25,250 nucleotides of DNA. Origin: a virus. Taxonomy: Duplodnaviria; Caudoviricetes. The notes beneath the pieces were generated by a model. It was not told the origin of the DNA, searched no databases, and was given only the letters and a program-made list of their open reading frames with translations. How positions within the stretch are numbered: the stretch's first letter is position 1; each line of letters starts with the position of its first letter. The position numbers and the translations under genes are program-made. The stretch lies in the IMG/VR virus record IMGVR_UViG_3300044540_000029, positions 1-25,250 of that record. The stretch is one strand, 5' to 3'. Positions 1 through 7,272 of this stretch are shown piece by piece.

Positions 1-152
1 TAGTTACCTCAGACGCTCTTGACGCTGCTCAAAAAGAAGTCCTTGACATTTTAAAACCAGAAATTCCTGAAATTAAAGATGAAGAGGCTTCTGTAAAGAA
101 AACAGCCTCCGCCACAAAAAAGAAAATAACAGTTGAGCCTGATGAAGAATGA
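1..152 (+). CDS. 3' end of a hypothetical protein (5'-truncated by window)
   Basis: Open frame from nt 3 reads VTSDALDAAQKEVLDILKPEIPEIKDEEASVKKTASATKKKITVEPDEE. It ends at TGA 150-152, overlapping the next ATG (ATGA coupling). Not in the supplied ORF track. Confidence 0.7.
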   Translation, partial: VTSDALDAAQKEVLDILKPEIPEIKDEEASVKKTASATKKKITVEPDEE

Positions 153-382
153 AACTTATAAGAAAATTTGCAGTACAGGGACACCCCGTTCCTGCAAGTT
201 CAAGTAGGCCTCTAGGACCCTTTCCCCCTGAAGTTTTAAGTCAACCCCAGGTCGAATACGGTAACGAACATTCGGACTCCTTACATGAAGCACTCGATAC
301 CGTTCGTCTTTTCAGATGTCGCGACTGTGACGAGGTTCTTTACAGAGACCAACTTGATAACCACACATGTGAGGAAGAATAA
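149..382 (+). CDS. Small protein with a C-terminal putative zinc finger
   Basis: C-terminus FRCRDCDEVLYRDQLDNHTC has CxxC followed by HxC (C2H2/C2HC-like spacing). ATGA overlap with the upstream gene and a 2-nt gap to the next gene. Confidence 0.65.
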   Translation: MKLIRKFAVQGHPVPASSSRPLGPFPPEVLSQPQVEYGNEHSDSLHEALDTVRLFRCRDCDEVLYRDQLDNHTCEEE

Positions 383-384
383 AA

Positions 385-813
385 ATGGCTGTAAATAATT
401 CAGGTAAATTGCTTGATTCAAAGAATGAAATCGCTATCGATTTTGTATGGGGTAACATGCCTATGCAACCAGATGACGACCGCACTACACGTCTTGACCG
501 TTCTCTTGGTGACCACATTATTGAGTCAACCGCTTGGAATGGATACCCACAGTACACTCCAAACACAGATGGAGCATACGTAGCAGGAGTTGCGTACGCA
601 GTTGTTCCAAACCTTGTTGGACTAACAGAAGCATTAGCAACTGATGCTCTATTGGATGCAGGTCTTGTTAAGGGAACTGTAACTACATCATCAGTTGGTT
701 ACGTTGCTGACCCTTCAAATGCTGGTTTAGTTAAGAGCCAGTCTGTTGCAGCAGATGCAGCATCAGTAGCATTTGGTTCATCAGTTAACTTAGTACTCTT
801 TGTTGCACCCTAA
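385..813 (+). CDS. PASTA-domain protein
   Basis: C-terminal ~70 aa VVPNLVGLTEALATDALLDAGL...GLVKSQSVAA...GSSVNLVL fits the PASTA consensus (VPdvvG....A...L...Gl...G.V..Q.p..G..v.l.v). GAGG upstream. No signal peptide or TM segment evident. Confidence 0.75.
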   Translation: MAVNNSGKLLDSKNEIAIDFVWGNMPMQPDDDRTTRLDRSLGDHIIESTAWNGYPQYTPNTDGAYVAGVAYAVVPNLVGLTEALATDALLDAGLVKGTVTTSSVGYVADPSNAGLVKSQSVAADAASVAFGSSVNLVLFVAP

Positions 814-826
814 TTAAGGAGTAATA

Positions 827-1591
827 ATGGCTCGGGTTACCTCCACAGGTGGTAGTGACGATAGACAAAGAAACGCTGTGCGTGCTCGCACATCTGCTAC
901 TGAACTATCTGCGCTTTTAGACCCGACCCGCGAACTCTATGGAGTTGGCGAAAAAGAAGTAAAAGGCATGACAAGGATGCTGGGGGTGACTCCACAAACG
1001 GGTCGAATTAATCCGTTTCAGTCACTCCCAGTATCTCCAGGCTCTGACTTTTATGATGCAATTGAGATTTTTGAAGGTGATGAACAAGAAGAAGCGGGTG
1101 AGTTTTATTCACCTACTTCATACGCAAATTATGCAGATGAGCCTTTAGATAATTATGATGCTCCTGCACCGCTAACAATCCTCCCTACATCAACTACTAA
1201 TTACCAACGTCCTAGAACAGTTGCTGCAGGATATGACCCAAAACGTGAAACATTGACTGTTGTTTTTAGAGATGGTTTGTTTTACAACTACTACGACGTT
1301 AAGCCCTCTACATGGAGTGCTTTTAAAGCCACTATTTCTAAAGGACGTTTTATCAGGCAATACCTAGATAGCCATGCTCGTGGTGACGCTGCTATGGGAA
1401 GTCTACCTACTTACGCTAGAGAAACCCTGTATCGAATTGTTCGTACTAATCAGATATACTTTGAAGGTAAACAAAGTCTTGTGCGAAGTGGTCCATCTAC
1501 TTACGGAGTTACAAAACAACCTAAAACTAAAGCAAACAAACCTAAAACTACTGCCTTAAAGTCTAGTCGAGGTAATAAAAAGAAACGGTAG
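827..1591 (+). CDS. KTSC-domain protein with acidic central region and Lys-rich C-terminal tail
   Basis: VAAGYDPKRETLTVVFRDGLFYNYYDVKPSTWSAFKATISKGRFIRQYL matches the KTSC pattern (GYD....L.V.F..G..Y.Y..V.......A.SKG.f). Strong RBS AAGGAG at 816-821. Confidence 0.8.
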   Translation: MARVTSTGGSDDRQRNAVRARTSATELSALLDPTRELYGVGEKEVKGMTRMLGVTPQTGRINPFQSLPVSPGSDFYDAIEIFEGDEQEEAGEFYSPTSYANYADEPLDNYDAPAPLTILPTSTTNYQRPRTVAAGYDPKRETLTVVFRDGLFYNYYDVKPSTWSAFKATISKGRFIRQYLDSHARGDAAMGSLPTYARETLYRIVRTNQIYFEGKQSLVRSGPSTYGVTKQPKTKANKPKTTALKSSRGNKKKR

Positions 1592-1594
1592 AAA

Positions 1595-1903
1595 ATGCCC
1601 AAGGCGCACAACATCGGAACAGAACGCTTCATTCAAATTATTAAACAACCATTAACATGGGGCAATAAGTTTGTAGTCCATGGTTGGACCCAAGAAATTG
1701 AAGAGCCATACCGTTTTGCAACCCCAATTATGGTTAGACTACCCTTAAGCCGTATCCTTGTTTTAGGAAAATGGCAAGGAACAAAATCTGAAGAGGAAGC
1801 ACTAAATAGTGCGGTTTCTAGAAGGGACGTAACTTACGATGATTTTAAAGAAGAAAAGGGATGGATACCAGCCCCAGACGAAGATACAGAAGCGTATCTC
1901 TAA
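1595..1903 (+). CDS. Hypothetical phage protein
   Basis: 102-aa ORF starting 3 nt after the previous stop, with natural composition. No motif recognised. Confidence 0.7.
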   Translation: MPKAHNIGTERFIQIIKQPLTWGNKFVVHGWTQEIEEPYRFATPIMVRLPLSRILVLGKWQGTKSEEEALNSAVSRRDVTYDDFKEEKGWIPAPDEDTEAYL

Positions 1904-2069
1904 GTTACCCACTCCAGAGTTAATTGGTTGGGTTGAGGCTTCTTTGTTTGCTATTGGAAGAGATACTTTTGCTTGGCAGAAGTCTAACGACACAGTGTTA
2001 TTAGATGAGTTAGAGATGGGTGCAGAAGCACTTTTGGAAATAATGCGGGAATTAAAGAGAAGGTCTTAA
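1839..2069 (+). CDS. Hypothetical helical protein immediately upstream of terL
   Basis: 76-aa ORF filling the gap before the terminase. Amphipathic-helix pattern (LLDELEMGAEALLEIMRELKRR). Overlaps the upstream gene by 65 nt, so the start is uncertain. Confidence 0.6.
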   Translation: MILKKKRDGYQPQTKIQKRISKLPTPELIGWVEASLFAIGRDTFAWQKSNDTVLLDELEMGAEALLEIMRELKRRS

Positions 2070-2074
2070 CTTAG

Positions 2075-2083
2075 TGATAGAAT
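2075..2083 (+). promoter_or_regulatory. Putative extended -10 promoter element (TGnTAGAAT)
   Basis: TG-A-TAGAAT in the intergenic gap upstream of terL. No clear -35 element seen. Confidence 0.4.
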
Positions 2084-2105
2084 TAAACGTCTCCCTCTCT
2101 CAGAC

Positions 2106-2139
2106 GCGGGGTTGCCCACTTCGGTGGGCTTCTCTGTTT
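2106..2139 (+). terminator. cUUCGg-capped hairpin, terminator/attenuator-like, in the terL leader
   Basis: GCCCAC-TTCG-GTGGGC (2114-2129), extendable by G-C/G-U pairs, followed by TTCTCTGTTT just before the AGGA RBS of terL. Confidence 0.55.
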
Positions 2140-2148
2140 AGGAACTAA

Positions 2149-3750
2149 ATGGCTATTGATTTTAATGATGATAAGTTTGAGGAAATTAATCCCGAACTTT
2201 ACGCAAGTGATGATGATGAAGAGGCTCCCCTACCGCCTGAAGAAAATGACCTTGATGAACTCTCTATTCAGTTTGTTGAAAAATTAATAAATAAAATTTT
2301 AGAGTTCCAAGAAGTTCTTGTTGGTTACCCTTTACACCCCTATCAAATGCCTTTGGCACGTCGTGTAATTGAGTCTGTTTTAATTAATGACGGAGAAGAA
2401 ATTACAGCACTTGCTGCACGTCAGTCAGGAAAATCAGAAACAGTTGCAAACACTGTTGCAACTTTGATGATTCTTCTACCGCGTCTTGCAAAGTTATACC
2501 CAGATTTATTGGGTAAATTTAAAGACGGTCTTTGGGTTGGATTGTTTGCACCAACAGAAGGACAGGCAGAAACACTGTTTGGACGTACTGTTACTCGGCT
2601 TACTTCTGAAAGAGCATTAGAAATTTTGGGTGACCCTGAAATTGATGATTCTGCTGCCCGTATTGGTGGAGTAACCAGAATGATAAAACTAAAGAAATCT
2701 GGTTCAACAATTACGATGATGACAGCAAACCCACGTGCAAAGATTGAGTCTAAGTCGTTTCATCTTATTGTTATTGATGAGTGTCAAGAAGCGGATGACT
2801 TTGTTGTTTCTAAGTCAATTTCCCCGATGCTTGCTTACTATGCAGGAACCATGGTGAAGACTGGAACTCCTACAACGAGCAAAAATAACTTCTATCGTGC
2901 TATCCAGTTAAATAAGCGTAGACAAACTACACGTGGGGCAAAACAAAACCATTTCCAATGGGATTGGAAAGACGTTGCAAAGTTTAACGATAATTACTTA
3001 AAGTTTATAAAAAAAGAGACTTTGCGTATCGGAGAAGATTCTGATGAGTTTCAGATGTCCTATAACTGTAAATGGCTTCTTGAAAGAGGTATGTTCGTAA
3101 CTTCAGGAATTATGGATGAACTTGGAGATACTTCTCAAGAGTTAGTAAAGGTTTGGCATAAGACTCCTGTTGTTGTAGGAATTGACCCTGCTCGTAAAAT
3201 GGACTCAACTGTGGTGACTGTTGTTTGGGTTGATTGGGATAGACCTGACGAGTTTGGTTATTTTGAACACAGAGTTTTAAATTGGTTAGAACTTCAAGGA
3301 GATGACTGGGAAGAGCAATACTTTCAAATTGTTAACTTTTTAAGCAACTACGACGTTTTGGCTGTAGGAGTTGATGCTAATGGTGTTGGAGATGCTGTAG
3401 CACAACGTCTTCGCCTTCTTTTACCAAGAGCAGAAGTAGCGTCTATAACTTCTAGTGCCACAGAACAATCACAACGATGGAAACACCTTCAAGCCTTGAT
3501 TCAAAGAAAAATGTTGGGATTTCCAGCCCATGCAAAAACACGAAGGTTACGTACTTGGAAACGGTTCTATCAACAAATGGTAGACGCTGAAGTCCAGTAC
3601 AAAGGACCTAACTTTCTTGTTGCAGCCCCTGATGAGTCGTATGCCCATGACGATTACGTAGATAGCCTCGCAATTGCCTGCTCCCTAACTAAGGATTTAG
3701 TCATGCCAGAGGTAGTTCTGACAAGTAGCCCATTTTTTAATAAAAATTAA
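2149..3750 (+). CDS. terL: Terminase large subunit
   Basis: LHPYQ Q-motif, Walker A ALAARQSGKSE, Walker B LIVIDECQE, coupling motif GTPT, RNase H-like nuclease motifs VGIDPAR, VDANGVG and HDDYVDS. Confidence 0.95.
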   Translation: MAIDFNDDKFEEINPELYASDDDEEAPLPPEENDLDELSIQFVEKLINKILEFQEVLVGYPLHPYQMPLARRVIESVLINDGEEITALAARQSGKSETVANTVATLMILLPRLAKLYPDLLGKFKDGLWVGLFAPTEGQAETLFGRTVTRLTSERALEILGDPEIDDSAARIGGVTRMIKLKKSGSTITMMTANPRAKIESKSFHLIVIDECQEADDFVVSKSISPMLAYYAGTMVKTGTPTTSKNNFYRAIQLNKRRQTTRGAKQNHFQWDWKDVAKFNDNYLKFIKKETLRIGEDSDEFQMSYNCKWLLERGMFVTSGIMDELGDTSQELVKVWHKTPVVVGIDPARKMDSTVVTVVWVDWDRPDEFGYFEHRVLNWLELQGDDWEEQYFQIVNFLSNYDVLAVGVDANGVGDAVAQRLRLLLPRAEVASITSSATEQSQRWKHLQALIQRKMLGFPAHAKTRRLRTWKRFYQQMVDAEVQYKGPNFLVAAPDESYAHDDYVDSLAIACSLTKDLVMPEVVLTSSPFFNKN

Positions 3751-3841
3751 AAAGGAGTTAACCATTACTTATGGGGAAAAATCAGAGAAAATCGTCTGTG
3801 GAATAGGCCATTCCGATTTACTAACCTTATAAGGAGTCATA

Positions 3842-4237
3842 ATGACACTAGCACCAAACCCACAGTTCCCTGAAAAGGGCACTAATGTTTATGAGATGAA
3901 GGCAGCAGGAAACGCAACACGTCGTGGTCCGCTTCGCTTTGAAGAAGGTATTGCAACTGATACTGATGTTCCAAACGATTTTGAACTAGGAATGCAACAG
4001 GGCTTTGCTGCTGCTGCAGGTCGTCCAAATCGTAACGCTCCAGTTCACACAAAGACTGCTGCAGAAACTATGCAGGCACGTGCCCACGTTGGTTCTGCTG
4101 CATGGACAGAAGCACCAACATTCCTTGCTGAGTTCTCACACGGTTCCTTTACAGACTACGCAGAACAGAAGACTGAGGTTGTTGCACGTTCAGGTGGACG
4201 TACACAGCGCACTTCTCCAACCGTAGTAAACGACTAA
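3842..4237 (+). CDS. Hypothetical protein, probably abundant and virion-associated
   Basis: 131 aa, strong AAGGAG RBS, codon choices like the capsid gene (CGT, AAC, TTC, GCA), followed by a stable hairpin. Lies between terL and portal. Confidence 0.8.
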   Translation: MTLAPNPQFPEKGTNVYEMKAAGNATRRGPLRFEEGIATDTDVPNDFELGMQQGFAAAAGRPNRNAPVHTKTAAETMQARAHVGSAAWTEAPTFLAEFSHGSFTDYAEQKTEVVARSGGRTQRTSPTVVND

Positions 4238-4250
4238 AAGAGTTTTTTGT

Positions 4251-4286
4251 CTTTGACCCCCTAGGATTGTCCTAGGGGGAACAAAG
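4251..4286 (+). terminator. Stable intergenic hairpin (terminator or RNA-stabilising element)
   Basis: CCCCCTAGGA-TTG-TCCTAGGGGG (4257-4279) extended by CTTTG/CAAAG. No U-tract downstream. Confidence 0.55.
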
Positions 4287-4303
4287 TTGTAAAGGAAATA
4301 ATT

Positions 4304-4585
4304 GTGGCTGAAAAACCTGCTAATCCAAAACTTTGGGAAATGGTAATTGCTCAAGCAAAAGCCAAGTACTCAACCTACCCAAATCCTGCAGCAAGTCATT
4401 GGGTTCGAGAGAGATACGTCCAAAGTGGTGGTAGATTTACAGACTCAAATAGTCCTATTGAGCAAAGAAAAAAACTTAATGAAAAGCAGTTTGCAAAATT
4501 ACAGAAAGAACGCGGAAAGAAAAAAGACGTAAAAGACGTAAAACATAAAAAGGATAAGGGCGGAAAAAAGAGTGACACAAAGTAG
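4304..4585 (+). CDS. Small basic protein
   Basis: GTG start with AAGGA RBS. N-terminal PANPKLW...AKAKY..YP..A..W....Y...GG.F resembles a motif I recall from many small phage proteins. Very Lys-rich C-terminus. Confidence 0.75.
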   Translation: MAEKPANPKLWEMVIAQAKAKYSTYPNPAASHWVRERYVQSGGRFTDSNSPIEQRKKLNEKQFAKLQKERGKKKDVKDVKHKKDKGGKKSDTK

Positions 4586-4594
4586 GGTCATACG

Positions 4595-6334
4595 ATGAGT
4601 TTTGTTGACTTTTCTCCTCCATCATATAGAGCAGCCTCCTCTGATTTAACTATTTCAATTTCTCCACTTGGTTTAGTGGAACTTGCAGATGAAGAGTTTG
4701 AAGTACACGGTCCGCGTTTAAACCGTTACTCACTTAACTGGGCAATGTACCTAGGACATCACTGGGGTTATCGTCGTGAACAAGGCGAAATGCAGATTGC
4801 TGTAAATTACTATAGAGCATTTACAGATTATCTTTCTAGATTTACCTTCGGTAAAGGAATTCATTTCCGTAGTCCTAAAGCAACTGAAGCAATTGTTCCA
4901 GACCGTCTGCAAAGAGTTTGGGAAGTAGACAACGATAAAACTCGCGTCCTTTTAGAAATGGCACAGCAAGGCGGAATTTCTGGAGATTGTTTTGTCAAAG
5001 TAGCGTATGAAGAACCTTGGACCGATGCAATTGGTCGTGTACATCCTGGCAAGGTACGAATTCTTCCGCTTAACTCTTCTTTTTCATTCCCAGAGTTTCA
5101 CCCACATGACCGTAATCGTCTTCTAAGATTTAAACAAAAGTATCGTTTTTGGGGAACTTCTTTAGAGGGTACTAGACAAGTCTTTACTTATACTGAGATT
5201 CTTACAGATGACCTAATTGAAGAATACATTAATGACGAATTAATTGACTCTCGTCCAAACCCTCTAGGAACAATCCCAGTAGTACATATTGCAAATATTC
5301 CAGTTGCTGGTTCTCCGTGGGGACTACCTGACTGCCATGACATTATTAGTATAAATCGTGCCTACAATGAAATTTCAACAGATGTTGCAGACATTATTAA
5401 CTACCATGCTGCTCCTGTAACAGTAATTGTTGGTGCAAAGGCTTCTAACCTTGAAAAAGGTCCTAAGAAAGTTTGGGGAGGTCTTCCAAAAGATTCTCAA
5501 GTATTTAACCTTGAAGGTGGTGGGTCAGGAATTGAAGGCGCACTTAAGTACCTAGAGTTATTAAAGCGTTCTATGCATGAGTTAATGAACGTTCCAGAAA
5601 CCGCTCTCGGACAAGTTCAGCCAATTTCAAATACTTCTGGTGTTGCTCTGTCTATTCAGTATCAACCATTGATGAACCGTTGGACTCAAAAAACATCGCA
5701 GTACGGCGTGGGCATTGAGAAAATTAACGAACTAATTCTTTTAAACTTAGCGGTTAAAGAACCAGAAACAATGGTTTACAACCCAGAAGAAGATGGTCCA
5801 ATTAAAGAAGGTCAGATGGTTAAACTGGACCCAAATGATTCTATTACCTATCAAAACTATGTTCAGTTCCCACAACCTCTTCCACTAGATAAGTTAATTA
5901 TCCTTAATGAGGTACAGACCAAACTTGGTATGGGGCTTGAGTCTAAAGAAGGTGCTCTTCGTACTTTGGGAGAAGAGTTCCCAGAAGAGAAGTTGCAAGA
6001 AATTAGGGCTGAACTTAAAGCAGAAGCACTTTCAGACGGTTCTCTAACCCTACTTAAAGTTCAAATTCAAAAAGAAATTCAAGATATGACTGGCATGATG
6101 CCAGGGCCTGGGGGAGAGGGAGCAGTTCCACTGCAACCTACTCAATTAGCCGATGGTGAAATCATGGGGGACAACATGTCTGGTGTGCCTTCCCCAGAGG
6201 CTGCTGCTGACCCTGCTCAACAGGAACTAGCCATGACAGAGGCTGGTATGGAAATGGATATTCGGAACAAACTGCTAACCGAAGCCTATGGAACCAAAAT
6301 TCCACAGAGACGAGCAGTAAATAGAGACCAATAA
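4595..6334 (+). CDS. Portal protein (SPP1 gp6-like)
   Basis: 579 aa between terminase and scaffold. Portal-type motifs NPLGTIPVVHIAN..GSPWG..D and SNTSGVAL..QYQPL. Acidic/Pro/Gly-rich C-terminal tail. Confidence 0.88.
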   Translation: MSFVDFSPPSYRAASSDLTISISPLGLVELADEEFEVHGPRLNRYSLNWAMYLGHHWGYRREQGEMQIAVNYYRAFTDYLSRFTFGKGIHFRSPKATEAIVPDRLQRVWEVDNDKTRVLLEMAQQGGISGDCFVKVAYEEPWTDAIGRVHPGKVRILPLNSSFSFPEFHPHDRNRLLRFKQKYRFWGTSLEGTRQVFTYTEILTDDLIEEYINDELIDSRPNPLGTIPVVHIANIPVAGSPWGLPDCHDIISINRAYNEISTDVADIINYHAAPVTVIVGAKASNLEKGPKKVWGGLPKDSQVFNLEGGGSGIEGALKYLELLKRSMHELMNVPETALGQVQPISNTSGVALSIQYQPLMNRWTQKTSQYGVGIEKINELILLNLAVKEPETMVYNPEEDGPIKEGQMVKLDPNDSITYQNYVQFPQPLPLDKLIILNEVQTKLGMGLESKEGALRTLGEEFPEEKLQEIRAELKAEALSDGSLTLLKVQIQKEIQDMTGMMPGPGGEGAVPLQPTQLADGEIMGDNMSGVPSPEAAADPAQQELAMTEAGMEMDIRNKLLTEAYGTKIPQRRAVNRDQ

Positions 6335-6464
6335 ATTTCAGATGAAAAATCTGATTTAGCCTGACAAACACTACGAAATGTTGTGCAATTATCAGGTAAG
6401 AACGTGGGACACGCAGGTAAAACTGCATTCGGACAATAACCAAGGAAACGGATACTGAACTACT

Positions 6465-7223
6465 ATGGAAAACACTGAAGTACAAGAAGTACAGATTGAG
6501 TCAGCAATGCAAGAGACTGCTACTCCTATCGTGGAAAGTAAGGCTTCTAAGGAAGCAACTGACTTTGGCTTTTCAGCCGAAGACTTATCTCGTGCTCGTG
6601 CACAAGAAAAAGAAAAGTTGTATCCGCAAATGGAAAAACTCAAAGAAGAACTTGCTGCCCTGAAGAAGGAGCGCGATGAGAAAGCCGAGCAGGAAGAACT
6701 TGCTCGTCAAAGGCAGGCTGAACTTGAGGAAAAGAAACTTGAAGAAGACATGGATGTTCGTCAACTTCTAGAAAAAAAGGAAAAGGAATTTCAGTCTCAG
6801 TTAGAGGCAGAGCGTATCGAAAGAGAACGTGCTTTTGCTCTACTTGAACAAGAAAAACATTTTCAAGAAATAATGCAGTACCGTCAACAAAGAATTGAGC
6901 AGGAACGTGAAAACGTTATTCCAGAACTCATTGATTTGATTGAAGGTAACAACCGTGATGAAATCGAGCAGAGCATCGCGTCATTGAAAGAAAAATCTGC
7001 TCGTATTCTCGACTCTGCACAGCAGGCTTTACAGTCTACTCGCAGGGAAATGGCAGGGACACGCATTACGTCTCCTGCATCAGGACCTCTCGATAATGAT
7101 TCGGAACAACGTTCGTATTCTCCCGAAAGTATTCGGGAAATGTCATTGGCGGATTACGCGAAGCAACGAGCCAAACTACTTGGCGAAGCAGCAGGTAATC
7201 GTGGTAAGGGACTGTTCGGGTAA
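6465..7223 (+). CDS. Capsid scaffolding protein
   Basis: 252 aa, Glu/Lys/Arg/Gln-rich coiled coil, directly upstream of the capsid gene. Short C-terminal helix (IREMSLADYAKQRAKLLG) typical of coat-binding tails. Confidence 0.82.
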   Translation: MENTEVQEVQIESAMQETATPIVESKASKEATDFGFSAEDLSRARAQEKEKLYPQMEKLKEELAALKKERDEKAEQEELARQRQAELEEKKLEEDMDVRQLLEKKEKEFQSQLEAERIERERAFALLEQEKHFQEIMQYRQQRIEQERENVIPELIDLIEGNNRDEIEQSIASLKEKSARILDSAQQALQSTRREMAGTRITSPASGPLDNDSEQRSYSPESIREMSLADYAKQRAKLLGEAAGNRGKGLFG

Positions 7224-7272
7224 GCCCAAACAAACTAAATTATCCATCTAACAGGAAAGGACTGATACCAAA

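Noticed and set aside
2051-2063. 13-mer ATTAAAGAGAAGG repeated at 2051 and 12246
   Set aside because: A few exact 13-mer matches are expected by chance in 25 kb. One copy is coding and the other overlaps an RBS.
2149-3750. Intein or intron in the terminase (a common insertion site)
   Set aside because: Length and motif spacing are normal, with no splice-junction or homing-endonuclease motifs.
3751-3806. Orphan AAAGGAG followed by an 11-codon mini-ORF (MGKNQRKSSVE)
   Set aside because: SD-to-ATG spacing is 13 nt and the ORF is too short to support without expression data.
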